From Hyalangium minutum (GTDB taxonomy: Bacteria; Myxococcota; Myxococcia; Myxococcales; Myxococcaceae): a stretch of 64,000 bases of DNA. Both the position numbers and the translations under genes were made by a program. Below the pieces are notes generated by a model. That model was not told the origin of the DNA, did not search any database, and was given only the letters and a program-made list of their open reading frames with translations. Positions 1 through 9,200 of the stretch are shown piece after piece. The stretch's first letter is position 1; the number at the start of each line of letters is the position of its first letter. Location: positions 1 through 64,000 of the forward strand of contig NZ_JMCB01000021.1 of NCBI RefSeq assembly GCF_000737315.1. Reading direction: 5' to 3'.

Positions 1-870
1 GGTACACCTCGACAGGCGCGCCGCCTGCCTGCGTGCCTTGGTTGCATACCACCACCGTCGCCGTGAGCTGCTGACCAGGAGTGGCGCTCACAGGCCCCGT
101 CACCGACGACACGACGAAGTCCGGCTTGTAGCCGATGCCGATGCGCGCGCCCGTCTTGGCGTTGTTGTTCTCGAGCAGCTCGGCCGTGCCGTTGGGCGGA
201 TCCACGTACGCACCCAAGTAGTAAGCACCCTCGGAGGGCACCGAGGCCGGGCCCTGCACCGTCAGCGTCTGGCACTGCCCCGGGTTCAGATACGGCGTGC
301 CGACGTAGCCCACAAAGGAATCCGGCGAAGGCCCTGTGGGACCGTTCGGCGTGATGGTGGTGTCCGCCGACAGGTACACCTCGACGGGCGCGCCGCCTGC
401 CTGCGTGCCTTGGTTGCACACCACCACCGTCGCCGTGAGCTGCTGCCCAGGCGTGGCGCTCACCGGCCCCGTCACCGACGACACCACGAAGTCCGGCTTG
501 TAGCCGATGCCAATGCGCGCGCCCGTCTTGGCGTTGTTGTTCTCGAGCAGCTCGGCCGTGCCGTTGGGCGGATCCACGTACGCACCCAAGTAGTAAGCAC
601 CCTCGGAGGGCACCGAGGCCGGGCCCTGCACCGTCAGCGTCTGGCACTGCCCCGGGTTCAGATACGGCGTGCCGGCGTAGCCCACGAAGGAGTCCGGCGA
701 AGGCCCCGTCGGCCCATTCGGCGTGATGGTGGTGTCCGCCGACAGGTACACCTCGACAGGCGCGCCACCCGCCTGCGTGCCCTGGTTGCACACCACCACC
801 GTCGCCGTGAGCTGCTGCCCGGGCGTGGCGCTCGCGGGCCCTGTTACCGACGACACCACGAAGTCCGGAG
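1..870. repeat. 372-bp intragenic tandem repeat (2 full units plus a partial third in view)
   Basis: ggtacacctcgac recurs at 1, 373 and 745; about 14 mismatches between units 1 and 2. Confidence 0.95.
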
Positions 871-1003
871 CCGAAATCACCGCCTGGCTCGTGGCGCCCA
901 GCACGGCTTCCGAGCCGGGCTCTGCCGAGCCATCACACCCCGCTGCTGCCACCAGGGCCACCACTCCCCAAAGGCTTCCGAACCTGCTGCTGCGTCGATT
1001 CAT
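1..1003 (-). CDS. CARDB/Ig-like tandem-repeat lipoprotein (N-terminal part; runs off window start)
   Basis: Not in the ORF track. Manual translation from ATG at 1003 gives MNRRSSRFGSLWGVVALVAAAGC (lipobox), then 124-aa repeats PDFVVSSVTGP...VCNQG...YYLGAYVDP...ELLENNN, typical of CARDB. Confidence 0.85.
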   Translation of the reverse strand, partial: MNRRSSRFGSLWGVVALVAAAGCDGSAEPGSEAVLGATSQAVISAPDFVVSSVTGPASATPGQQLTATVVVCNQGTQAGGAPVEVYLSADTTITPNGPTGPSPDSFVGYAGTPYLNPGQCQTLTVQGPASVPSEGAYYLGAYVDPPNGTAELLENNNAKTGARIGIGYKPDFVVSSVTGPVSATPGQQLTATVVVCNQGTQAGGAPVEVYLSADTTITPNGPTGPSPDSFVGYVGTPYLNPGQCQTLTVQGPASVPSEGAYYLGAYVDPPNGTAELLENNNAKTGARIGIGYKPDFVVSSVTGPVSATPGQQLTATVVVCNQGTQAGGAPVEVY

Positions 1004-1162
1004 GCGCTTCCTCGGGCGAAAGTTGGAAAAAACGCTCAACCTGCAAAACAGGTGGGAGCAGCGAAATACCAACACGACCCGTGAAGGCGCAAGTGACTTG
1101 AAGGTAAAATTCTTTTCTCAGCGGATGAAAAACCCACTTCCGCCCTCGCTCACCCACCCGTG

Positions 1163-3403
1163 CTACCGCAGGTACTGCCCGGTCAGCGAGCGCTTCGCTT
1201 TCACCAACTCCGCTGGCGTGCCCTCGAAGATCACCTCGCCGCCCTTGCTGCCCCCCTCAGGCCCCAGGTCGATGATCCAATCCGCGCTGCGGATGACGTC
1301 GAGGTTGTGCTCGATCACGATCACCGTGTTCCCGCCGTCGACGAGGCGATCGATGATCCCCATCAGGTGCGTGATATCGGACATGTGCAATCCCGTCGTC
1401 GGCTCGTCCATGACGTAGACGCTGCCGTCCTTATGCAGTTCGCTGGCGAGCTTGATGCGCTGGCACTCCCCGCCGGAAAGGGTGCTCAGCGGCTGGCCGA
1501 GCGTGAGGTACGCGAGCCCCACGTCGTGCATCGCCTGCAGCTTGCGAACGATCTCCTTGCGCTTTTGAAACAACTCCACCGCCTGCGCCACCGTCATCGC
1601 GAGCACATCGCTGATCGACTTCCCGTCGAGCTTGTACGCCAGCACGTCGTCCTTGAAACGGCGGCCCTGGCACACCTCGCACGGTGATTTGAACGCATCG
1701 AGGAACGAGAGATCGGTGTAGACCACTCCCGATCCGTTGCACGCTTCGCACGCGCCTTTCGAGTTGAAGCTGAACAGCCCCGCGTCCACCTTGTTGGCCG
1801 ACGCGAACGCCTTGCGCAGATCATCCATCACGCCGGTGTACGTTGCGGGGTTGCTGCGCGTGGAGGTTCCGACGGCGGACTGATCGATCACGATCGCGTC
1901 GGGATGCTGCACGAGGAACACATCGTTGATGAGCGAGCTCTTTCCTGAGCCCGCGACGCCGGTCACCGCGGTGAGCACGCCCTTGGGGATGTCGACGGAG
2001 ATGCTCTTCAGGTTGTTCGCGCGTGCGTTCTTGATGCGCAGCTGGCCGGTGGGTTTGCGCACATCCTTCTTGATCGGCAGCGCCTGCGTGAGATGGCGGC
2101 CGGTGAGCGTGTCGGATTTGAGAAGCTTTTCGTATGTGCCTTCGAAGACGATCGTCCCGCCGCTGCGGCCCGCGCCCGGCCCCACATCGACGATGTGATC
2201 GGCGGCTTCGATCACAGCGGGGTCGTGCTCGACGACGATCACGGTGTTGCCCTTGTCGCGCAGTTTCCCGAGCAGCTCGTTGAGGCGATGCACGTCGCGC
2301 GGGTGAAGGCCCACGCTCGGCTCGTCAAAGATGTACATCACATCTACGAGGCTGCTGCCGAGGTGCTTCACCATCCGCACGCGCTGCGATTCCCCGCCGG
2401 ACAGCGTGTCAGTCTCTCGGTCGAGGCTCAGGTATTCGAGCCCGATATCGACGATGGCCTGCAGCCGCTCGACGAGCGCATTCACGATCGGCCCGGCCTT
2501 GGGCTCTTTGATCGCGCGCACCACCTTCAACAGCTCGCCGACCTCCATCGACGACAATTCAGCGATGTTGTGGCCGTTGATCTTGCTCGCGAGTGCGGCG
2601 GGGTTCAAGCGCGCGCCCTTGCACGACGGACATTCGCGCGGCTTGAGGTACGGCATCACCGCTTTCTGCGTGCGCTCGCTGAGCGTCTTGATGTCGCGCT
2701 GCACGTACGAGCGTTCGATCTTGGCGATGACGCCGGCGTAGGTGAGGTTGATGGTCTTCCCGCCGAACTGCGCCTTGAACTTGCGATCCTTGCCGTGGAG
2801 CAGCAGCTCCATTTCGTCCTTCGTGAACTTGCTGAGCTTCTTGTCATTGTCGAAGAAGCCGCTCAACGTGTACGCCTGCACGTCCCAGTCGTTGAAGAAC
2901 GGGACCTGTACCGCGCCCTCATTGAGCGACTTGCTCATGTCGAGGAAGTCGTCGGAGACGACACCGACCTTCTTCCCGAGGCCATTGCAGTCGGGACACG
3001 CGCCGCGCGGATCGTTGAACGAATACGCGATCGCCCCGCCCGCCGACGGCTTACCCACGCGCGAGAACAGCAGGCGCAGCACGCCATGGATATCGGTCAC
3101 CGTGCCGACGGTGGAATGCGATCCGCCGCCGAGCCGCTTCTGGTCGACGATCACCGCCATGGTGAGGTTTTCGATCGCGTCGGCGTCGGGCTGCGGGTAC
3201 TTGGGTAGGAAGTTGCGGATGAACAGCGAGAAGTTCTCGTAGAGCTGGCGCTGGGCCTCCGTCGCCAGCGTGTCGAACACGATCGACGATTTCCCCGAGC
3301 CCGAGACGCCGGTGAAGATCGTGAGCTTGCGCTTGGGAATCTGGAGCGTGACGTCCTTGAGGTTGTTTTCGCGCGCGCCGCGGATGGAGATGAACTCGGT
3401 CAT
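1163..3403 (-). CDS. Class II UvrA-like ABC ATPase (DrrC/Ecm16-type), 746 aa
   Basis: Two Walker A motifs ([16 protein letters not shown]), two LSGGE signatures and CxxC zinc motifs; about 200 aa shorter than canonical UvrA. Confidence 0.9.
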   Translation of the reverse strand: MTEFISIRGARENNLKDVTLQIPKRKLTIFTGVSGSGKSSIVFDTLATEAQRQLYENFSLFIRNFLPKYPQPDADAIENLTMAVIVDQKRLGGGSHSTVGTVTDIHGVLRLLFSRVGKPSAGGAIAYSFNDPRGACPDCNGLGKKVGVVSDDFLDMSKSLNEGAVQVPFFNDWDVQAYTLSGFFDNDKKLSKFTKDEMELLLHGKDRKFKAQFGGKTINLTYAGVIAKIERSYVQRDIKTLSERTQKAVMPYLKPRECPSCKGARLNPAALASKINGHNIAELSSMEVGELLKVVRAIKEPKAGPIVNALVERLQAIVDIGLEYLSLDRETDTLSGGESQRVRMVKHLGSSLVDVMYIFDEPSVGLHPRDVHRLNELLGKLRDKGNTVIVVEHDPAVIEAADHIVDVGPGAGRSGGTIVFEGTYEKLLKSDTLTGRHLTQALPIKKDVRKPTGQLRIKNARANNLKSISVDIPKGVLTAVTGVAGSGKSSLINDVFLVQHPDAIVIDQSAVGTSTRSNPATYTGVMDDLRKAFASANKVDAGLFSFNSKGACEACNGSGVVYTDLSFLDAFKSPCEVCQGRRFKDDVLAYKLDGKSISDVLAMTVAQAVELFQKRKEIVRKLQAMHDVGLAYLTLGQPLSTLSGGECQRIKLASELHKDGSVYVMDEPTTGLHMSDITHLMGIIDRLVDGGNTVIVIEHNLDVIRSADWIIDLGPEGGSKGGEVIFEGTPAELVKAKRSLTGQYLR

Positions 3404-3587
3404 GGGGGCTTGATACAGGAGAAGGGGGGGGCGCGCGCAATGGTGCGGTGCCAGCCGCCGAACTTCATTCCCACCGGTTATCGTTGGATTCCACGAAGCC
3501 AGTCTCTCGCAGCACTCGCGGGTGCTTGGACACGGGTTCGGCTCCGCGATGGGGTGACGTTAACGACGAAAGGTACGAGCAGAGTGC

Positions 3588-4439
3588 TCAGTGCGCGGCG
3601 CCGGTATGAGCGGTAATGGCATTGGCGATGGTGGGCCAGTCCGTCTCGTGCAGCTCGTGCCCTGCATCCTCGAGCGTGACCAGCTTCGCGCCCGGCACCG
3701 CCCGGCTCAGGGCGATGCCATGCGCGTAAGCAACGACGGGGTCCAGCGCGCCGTGGATGATGAGCAGGGGCGCCTGGAGCTCATGGGTCCGGCCGTACCA
3801 GCGCTCGCCGCCCGTGAGGACCGTATAGTTCATCATGCTCTGGAGGTTGTGCGAGCGACGGAACTCCGCCGCTGCCACGCGGCGCGCCAGGGCCTCATCG
3901 TAAGGCCGGCGCCCGCTGGAGTTCAGGCGCCCCGCCTTCACCATGAACTCGAGAACGGCGGCCTCGTCGCTCCAGTCCAGGGTGGCCGCCGTCCCGAAGT
4001 GTGCGAGCAGCGCCGGTGAGAGGGGCGGGGGCGTGAAGCCCAGATCGCCGAGAAACTCCGCGCTGATCAGTGTGAGGGAGAGGACTCGCTCCGGAGCCTT
4101 CAATGCCACGATTTGCGAGAGCATCCCCCCGAGTGACATCCCCACCAGGTGGGCTCGCGCGAGGCCATAGCCGTCCAGCACGGCGATGACGTCATCCGCG
4201 AGGTCATCGACGGTGTAGCCCGGGGCTCCCGGGGGATACGTTGTGGAGCGGCCCATGTCGCGCTGGTCGTAGCGGACAACAAACCGCCCCGCCGCGACCA
4301 GCATGGCGACCAGCCCATCGGGCCACCACTTCATGGACGACATCGCTCCCATGATCAGGAGGATGGGCGGGTCGTCCGGCGAACCAAAGGACTCCGTGCA
4401 GAGACGGATGCCACGGCTTTCAATCCAGCGCTCGGTCAT
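3588..4439 (-). CDS. Alpha/beta-hydrolase, EstT/EstX-like putative macrolide esterase (283 aa)
   Basis: Start MTERW follows a GGAGGAAGGGG RBS. Triad motifs GMSLGG, HGALD and GHELH. LCTESFG, RYDxRDxGxST, AEFxR and GHELHxxDW match EstT as I recall it. Confidence 0.85.
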   Translation of the reverse strand: MTERWIESRGIRLCTESFGSPDDPPILLIMGAMSSMKWWPDGLVAMLVAAGRFVVRYDQRDMGRSTTYPPGAPGYTVDDLADDVIAVLDGYGLARAHLVGMSLGGMLSQIVALKAPERVLSLTLISAEFLGDLGFTPPPLSPALLAHFGTAATLDWSDEAAVLEFMVKAGRLNSSGRRPYDEALARRVAAAEFRRSHNLQSMMNYTVLTGGERWYGRTHELQAPLLIIHGALDPVVAYAHGIALSRAVPGAKLVTLEDAGHELHETDWPTIANAITAHTGAAH

Positions 4440-4482
4440 GTGAACCCCTTCCTCCGTGCAACGTGTCATTCCGCAGGAAGAA

Positions 4483-4511
4483 TTAATAACCGACACGACG
4501 GTTATAAACAA
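4483..4511 (-). promoter_or_regulatory. Sigma70-type promoter with an MphR-type operator filling the spacer
   Basis: Minus strand reads TTGTTT-ATAACCGTCGTGTCGGT(17)-TATTAA. Inverted repeat ATAACCG-N6-CGGTTAT at 4486-4505. Confidence 0.8.
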
Positions 4512-4555
4512 GTCTGGATGGGGATCTTGGCCTCCGGACAGCATGAAGGGGCGGA

Positions 4556-5134
4556 TCAGCGCTTCGGAAGCTCGAAGGACTCGTGGGGGAACAGCAGACC
4601 GAGCACCCGGCGCACGCGCTCCAGCACATAGCGGGTCAGCGAGGGCTCCCGCTCCACCATCCACTGCATCGTCGCACCTGCGATGACGTCCTGCAGCACG
4701 GCGGCGACTTCATTCCGCTCGGCCATCTTGGGAAGCCGGGCGGCGATGGCATCGCGGACCATCAGGTTCCTTTCGAGGGCCATGCGCCTCAGGGTGGTGT
4801 CTCTCAGGTCCTGCCAAGCGAGGAGCAGGTAGCTGTCGAGTCCCTCCCCCGTGCCCATGCCGGAGATGATCTCCGTCAGGAAGCGCCAGAGTCCCTGTGC
4901 TCCCACTTCCACGGGCATGCTCGCGAGATAGTCGCGCCGCTGCGCACCCGAGCGCTCCATGACACGCCGGTACAGCGTGTCCTTGTTCTTGAAGCGCTGG
5001 ATGAGCGCGGCGCGGGACATTCCCAGCTCGGCGGCCACGTCATTCAAGGTGAACCCGGCCAGCCCGCGACGCAGCAGCACTTCCATGGTGGCATCGAGAA
5101 TGGCTTCGTCGCTGTGCAGCTTGGGCCGGGGCAC
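4556..5134 (-). CDS. mphR: TetR-family repressor, MphR(A) homolog (192 aa; GTG start)
   Basis: MPRPKLHSD..., SRAALIQRF, GAQGLWRFL, VIAGATMQW and LLFP are colinear with MphR(A) as recalled (MPRPKLKSD, SRAALIQRF, GPQGLWEFL, VIAGATMQW). Confidence 0.85.
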   Translation of the reverse strand: MPRPKLHSDEAILDATMEVLLRRGLAGFTLNDVAAELGMSRAALIQRFKNKDTLYRRVMERSGAQRRDYLASMPVEVGAQGLWRFLTEIISGMGTGEGLDSYLLLAWQDLRDTTLRRMALERNLMVRDAIAARLPKMAERNEVAAVLQDVIAGATMQWMVEREPSLTRYVLERVRRVLGLLFPHESFELPKR

Positions 5135-5141
5135 GGCCACG

Positions 5142-5156
5142 GTAACTATCACGTCG
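5142..5156 (-). promoter_or_regulatory. Second, degenerate MphR operator (possible autoregulation)
   Basis: Minus strand CGACGTGATAGTTAC lies just upstream of the GTG at 5134; 13/15 match to the recalled mph(A) operator segment CGACGTGACTGTTAC. Confidence 0.55.
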
Positions 5157-5516
5157 CGGAAGCGAGGAACGCATCCGATCCGGGGCATGGGAGCATCGAG
5201 GGCGCGGTGCGCGCGTGGGGAGCCGCCAGCCCGGAGTCAGGCAAGGTCGTGGCACGGGTCGATCAGACGCGCGAGGGCGCTCGCTAACGGCCAGCGCCTC
5301 GAGCGCCGTGCTGTGGATGCGCTCCAGCCGGGCCTGCAGCAGTACAGCCCGAGTATGGGATTGCGGAGCTCCCTCTGGCGTGGTGACAACCCTCACCAGG
5401 GAGAGGACGGCAGTCACCGGCTCGCAGCCCCTCTCTAGCCCGTGGCGCGCCTCCCTCCTATCCCCAGGCACGCGCAAGCCCTTGGAATCAGGCCGGTCTG
5501 CTCGACCCCAGCTTCG

Positions 5517-5532
5517 TGGCACGAAAGGCGCA
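5517..5532 (+). promoter_or_regulatory. Possible sigma54 (-24/-12) promoter
   Basis: TGGCACG-AAAG-GCGCA versus consensus TGGCACG-N4-TTGCW; GG and GC correctly spaced, TT missing. Confidence 0.4.
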
Positions 5533-5578
5533 ATACCCGACTTCAACGAAACACAAGCCCTTCACTGGAGTCACCACC

Positions 5579-6172
5579 ATGCCCCGCCTCGGCGCCGCCT
5601 CCTTCAAGAGCACCCCGTCCTTCACGTCCTCGCTGCGTCCCTCCGCCAGCACCTCCACTCCCCGGACGTCCTCCCCGCCGCGCTCGCCCTCTCCCTCGGC
5701 CCCGCAGAGCCCCAGCCGCAGAGACAGCTTCGAGACGCGCTCGCCCAAGCAGGAGACGGCGCCCAAGAGCCCCACCCAGCAGGAGGGTGGCGACGGCTGG
5801 GAGACGGTGAGCAGCAAGAAGAAGCCTCGCGTCCAGGGGTCGGCGGATCCGGACCGGCAGTTCAAGCAGAGCCTCCAGCAGGTCCACAACAGCCTCGACG
5901 CGAGCGTGTCCCGCATGAGCCAGCGGGAGTACGGCGAGGTCAAGGTCCCGCGCAATGGGCTGAAGCGGCTCCATGAGGAGCTGACGAAGCAGTACCACCG
6001 GCAGGAGATCCCCGGGACCAACGGCCGGGAGCAGTACTACGTCACCCGCCAGGACTTCTTCAAGAAGGGCGGCGGCTTCAACATCACCGCCCACGACGTC
6101 AGCCGGAACGGCAAGGACATCAGCAAGCAGAACGAGCGGACCTCCTGGCTCAACCTGCACGTCGTTCCCTGA
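5579..6172 (+). CDS. Hypothetical protein with Ser/Pro-rich N-terminus and a ~105-aa C-terminal domain
   Basis: ATG at 5579 with GGAG RBS; strong GC3 bias. Confidence 0.8.
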   Translation: MPRLGAASFKSTPSFTSSLRPSASTSTPRTSSPPRSPSPSAPQSPSRRDSFETRSPKQETAPKSPTQQEGGDGWETVSSKKKPRVQGSADPDRQFKQSLQQVHNSLDASVSRMSQREYGEVKVPRNGLKRLHEELTKQYHRQEIPGTNGREQYYVTRQDFFKKGGGFNITAHDVSRNGKDISKQNERTSWLNLHVVP

Positions 6173-6231
6173 GTGCTCCTGTGCCCGGGTCTTCCACGCG
6201 CACGGCGCGCGGAGGCAAAACAGAAAGTCCC

Positions 6232-6272
6232 GTCCGGCAGCACACAAGGCAGGTACCAGGGTGCTGCCGGAC
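6232..6272 (-). terminator. Intrinsic terminator between convergent genes
   Basis: 12-bp stem GTCCGGCAGCAC/GTGCTGCCGGAC; the minus strand continues with CTTTCTGTTTT. Confidence 0.6.
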
Positions 6273-6284
6273 AGGCACTTGGGA

Positions 6285-9200
6285 CTACCAGGGGCAGTCC
6301 ACCACTTCCACGGTGCGGGTGAGGGGCGCGGCGGCATTGCCTCCACTGTCCGTGACGGCATAACGCAGGGTGTACAGGCCCTCAGCCCAGCCGTTCACAT
6401 CGCCGGTGCGGGAGACGGTAGCGCTCAAGTTCCCGTAACACGCGTCCGTGGCCTCCACTCCTGGATCGACCCACCCGGTGCCGCACGTGTGCACCATGTG
6501 CGCCGGTCCGCGGAGCATGAGCGCCGGTGGCGTCCGGTCATCCACGTGCACCGTGCGGATGGCTCCCACCGTGAGCCCGGTGGAGTCCCACGCCAAGTAC
6601 TGCACGGAGTAGGTGCCCTCGGCCGCGGTGTCCGGTCCCGGCCCGTAAGCATCTTGGCCGGAGTTGTAGCGGTGAACCTCCAGTGGGCTCCCGCATCCGT
6701 CCGCGGCGGTCGCGCCCAGGTCGACATACACGTCCTGCCCGCACTCAAGCGTCAGCTCACTGTCGCCGTTGAGACTCAAGGAGAGCGGACCCGAGTCCTC
6801 CACCACCTGCACCGTGCGGGGTGCGCCCTGAGCCACGTTGCCCGAGGCATCGCGCACCCGGTAGCTCACTGCGTAGGTGCCAGGGACGCTCGGGTTCAGG
6901 CCCACCACCTCCACCCGGTGGGTGAGATCTCCCTGGCACACGTCCGTGGCCACCACACCGGCAGTTGCCGAGCGGCCACAGCCCACCACCAGCGGATCCT
7001 CCCCCACGAGGGTGAGGGTGGGCGCCTGGGTATCCACCACCGAGACCTGCGTGGTGCAGGCCGTGGTGTTGCCGCCCACATCCCTGGCCGAGTACGTCAC
7101 GTCCGTCGTCCCGAGAGGATAGCTGGCCACTCCACCACCGGACTGCTGGGTCAGCTGGCAGCTGTCGGTTGCCACCGCTTGGGGCAGAGAGACGGCCGCG
7201 GCGCCCTGGCTGGAGCACTCGGCTGTCACCGCAGCCGGGCATGCGAGACCAGGTGCTTGCGTATCCACCACGCTCACTGGGAACGCGCAACGGGCCTGGT
7301 TGCCCTGGGCATCCGTCGCCGTGCACGTCACCGCCGTCGTCCCGTGCGCGAAGCGGCTGCCCGAGGTGGGGGTGCAGGTGACACTGGGGCTCGCCCCACA
7401 GTTGTCGGTGGCGCTGGGCGCATAGCTGGCCACAGCCCCGCCCGCGGAGCACTCGAGCGCAGGAGGCTGCGCGCACGTGATCTCGGGAGGCGTCGTGTCC
7501 TGCACGGTCACCATGGCCTGGCACGAGGCGCTCTGGCCATGCGCATCCGTGCACGTCAACGTCACCCGGTTCTGGCCCAGGGCATACGGGCAGTCCGGCG
7601 TCTGCACGCAGGTGACTTCGCCGCCGTCCGGATCATACGAGCCGTCATTCACGGACGCGCACCCAGCGCACGCACTGCTCGCTCCCACTACCTGGTTAAT
7701 GCACCGGGCCACGGGCGGACGGTTGACGCAGGCCGCCTCGCCGCACGAGGGACCATCTGCCGGATCATCCCAGACGAGCTGCTGGAAGCCCGTGGCGGGC
7801 TCGGGCAGCCCCGCGGTGAAGGCATACACCTGCACGGTGTTGCCGCAGGCCTGGAGCTGCACCGGAATGTGGAAGGGGTAGTCGATGCCACAGTTCTCGC
7901 ACAGCGTCACTTCGGGCCCGCCGTTGAGCCGGTACCACACGCGGTCGATCTCGGCCGGACGGCTCTTCACCACGCCCGTCACGATCTGCGAGGGACCGGA
8001 AGCACACGTCGGCTGGGGCGCGATGAGCACTGTCAGGGGAGGCACCAGCTTCATGCGCTGGCCGCAGCCAAGCGTGAACTGGATGGGCTGGAAGGTGGCC
8101 TGGTTGGTGCTGCCGTTGCTGTTGACCAGCATGGCGCCGGGCGTGAGCGTATAAATGCCCTCGGGCAAGGTGAAGCTCACCGAGCCCCGCGTCTGCGCGT
8201 AGGTGATGGCCTCGCTCTGCGGAATCCCCACGGCCGCGGGGATGCCCGAGGCCAGTCCCGTGACGGTGTAGTCCGCGGCGAGCCCCCGCCAGTCTGCCCC
8301 CCGGAAGCTGCCGGAGATGGCCGCTGTCGGGTTGAAGAAGGGCGTGTCTGCCGTGGAGAACTCGACCTGCACCTCGTTGAAGCAGTACTCGTGGTCCACG
8401 CGGTAGCGCTGCCCCGGCTGCAGCGGCGTGCTCGGGGTGTTCTGCTTCTTCTTCAGATCGAGGTACCCGTAGCGGAAGCGCGCCGGATCGTACTGCCCGG
8501 GACGGGTGACGAAGTTGTAGCCCTGGGTCCAGAAGCCCAGCCTCAGCAGATCCTGCCGCCAGGGGTGAGGCTCATCGTAGATATAGGGCAGGAGCTGCTC
8601 GTAGCCGGAGGACAGCTCTCCCGTCGAGGGAGAGAAGGCTCCAGGGAACGAGGTCGCCGCGCTGGCGGAGGATTGCCCCTCGGCCCGCAGCTGCGTGCTG
8701 TACCGAGCCACGGCGTAGAAGTCGGTGTTGTTGGGAATCCCGTCTTGATTCGTGTCGTAATCCGCCTCGAAGTTGAGGGCCTGGAGCGAGCTGTAGGCCC
8801 CCGGATGCGCGGTGACGTAAGGGTCCGCCAACCGGATGGCGCCATGGAAGTACGCCGGGTGCATGACGAACGGGTAGCGCGTCTCACCGTTGATCTGCCG
8901 GGTCAGCGGCACGGCGGGTCCCGCCACGACGCTGGAGGGGCTCGCGTTGCGCGTCTCGAAGAAGCTGAACTCACGCCCCCGGCGCGCGTAGCCCCTGCCG
9001 CGCAAGGAGCTGTAGCTGCCGGGAACCATGTTCGGCAGTGTCCACCAGCGGCTGGGATCCGAGCCGGGGGCTCGCGAGTCCTGAGGGAAGTTCAGGAGGT
9101 GGTAGCGCAAGTTGTTGTCAGGTCCGCCGGAGAGGACGATCTGCCGGTATGTCTGGGACGGCTCGCCCACGATGTCCCAGGGGCCGGTCAGGGCCCCGCG

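Noticed and set aside
1-870. Long direct repeats as a possible CRISPR array or mobile element
   Set aside because: 372-bp in-frame coding repeats with no spacers, no cas genes and no transposase.
3424-3431. G8 tract here and C8 tract at 18151-18158 as phase-variation sites
   Set aside because: Short for this GC content and outside coding frames.
3475-3481. CGGTTAT MphR half-site upstream of the UvrA-like gene
   Set aside because: No matching second arm at the right spacing; a lone 7-mer is weak evidence.
3588-4664. Extended ORF-track starts (4664, 5188, 14327, 16749, 25913, 29361, 46970, 49945 and others)
   Set aside because: The extensions lack codon bias, overlap neighbours or promoters, and better RBS-supported starts lie downstream.
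5270-5460. Minus-strand codon-biased patch (VLLQARLERIHSTALEALAV) suggesting a gene remnant
   Set aside because: Only about 20 codons, with no credible start, stop or family match.
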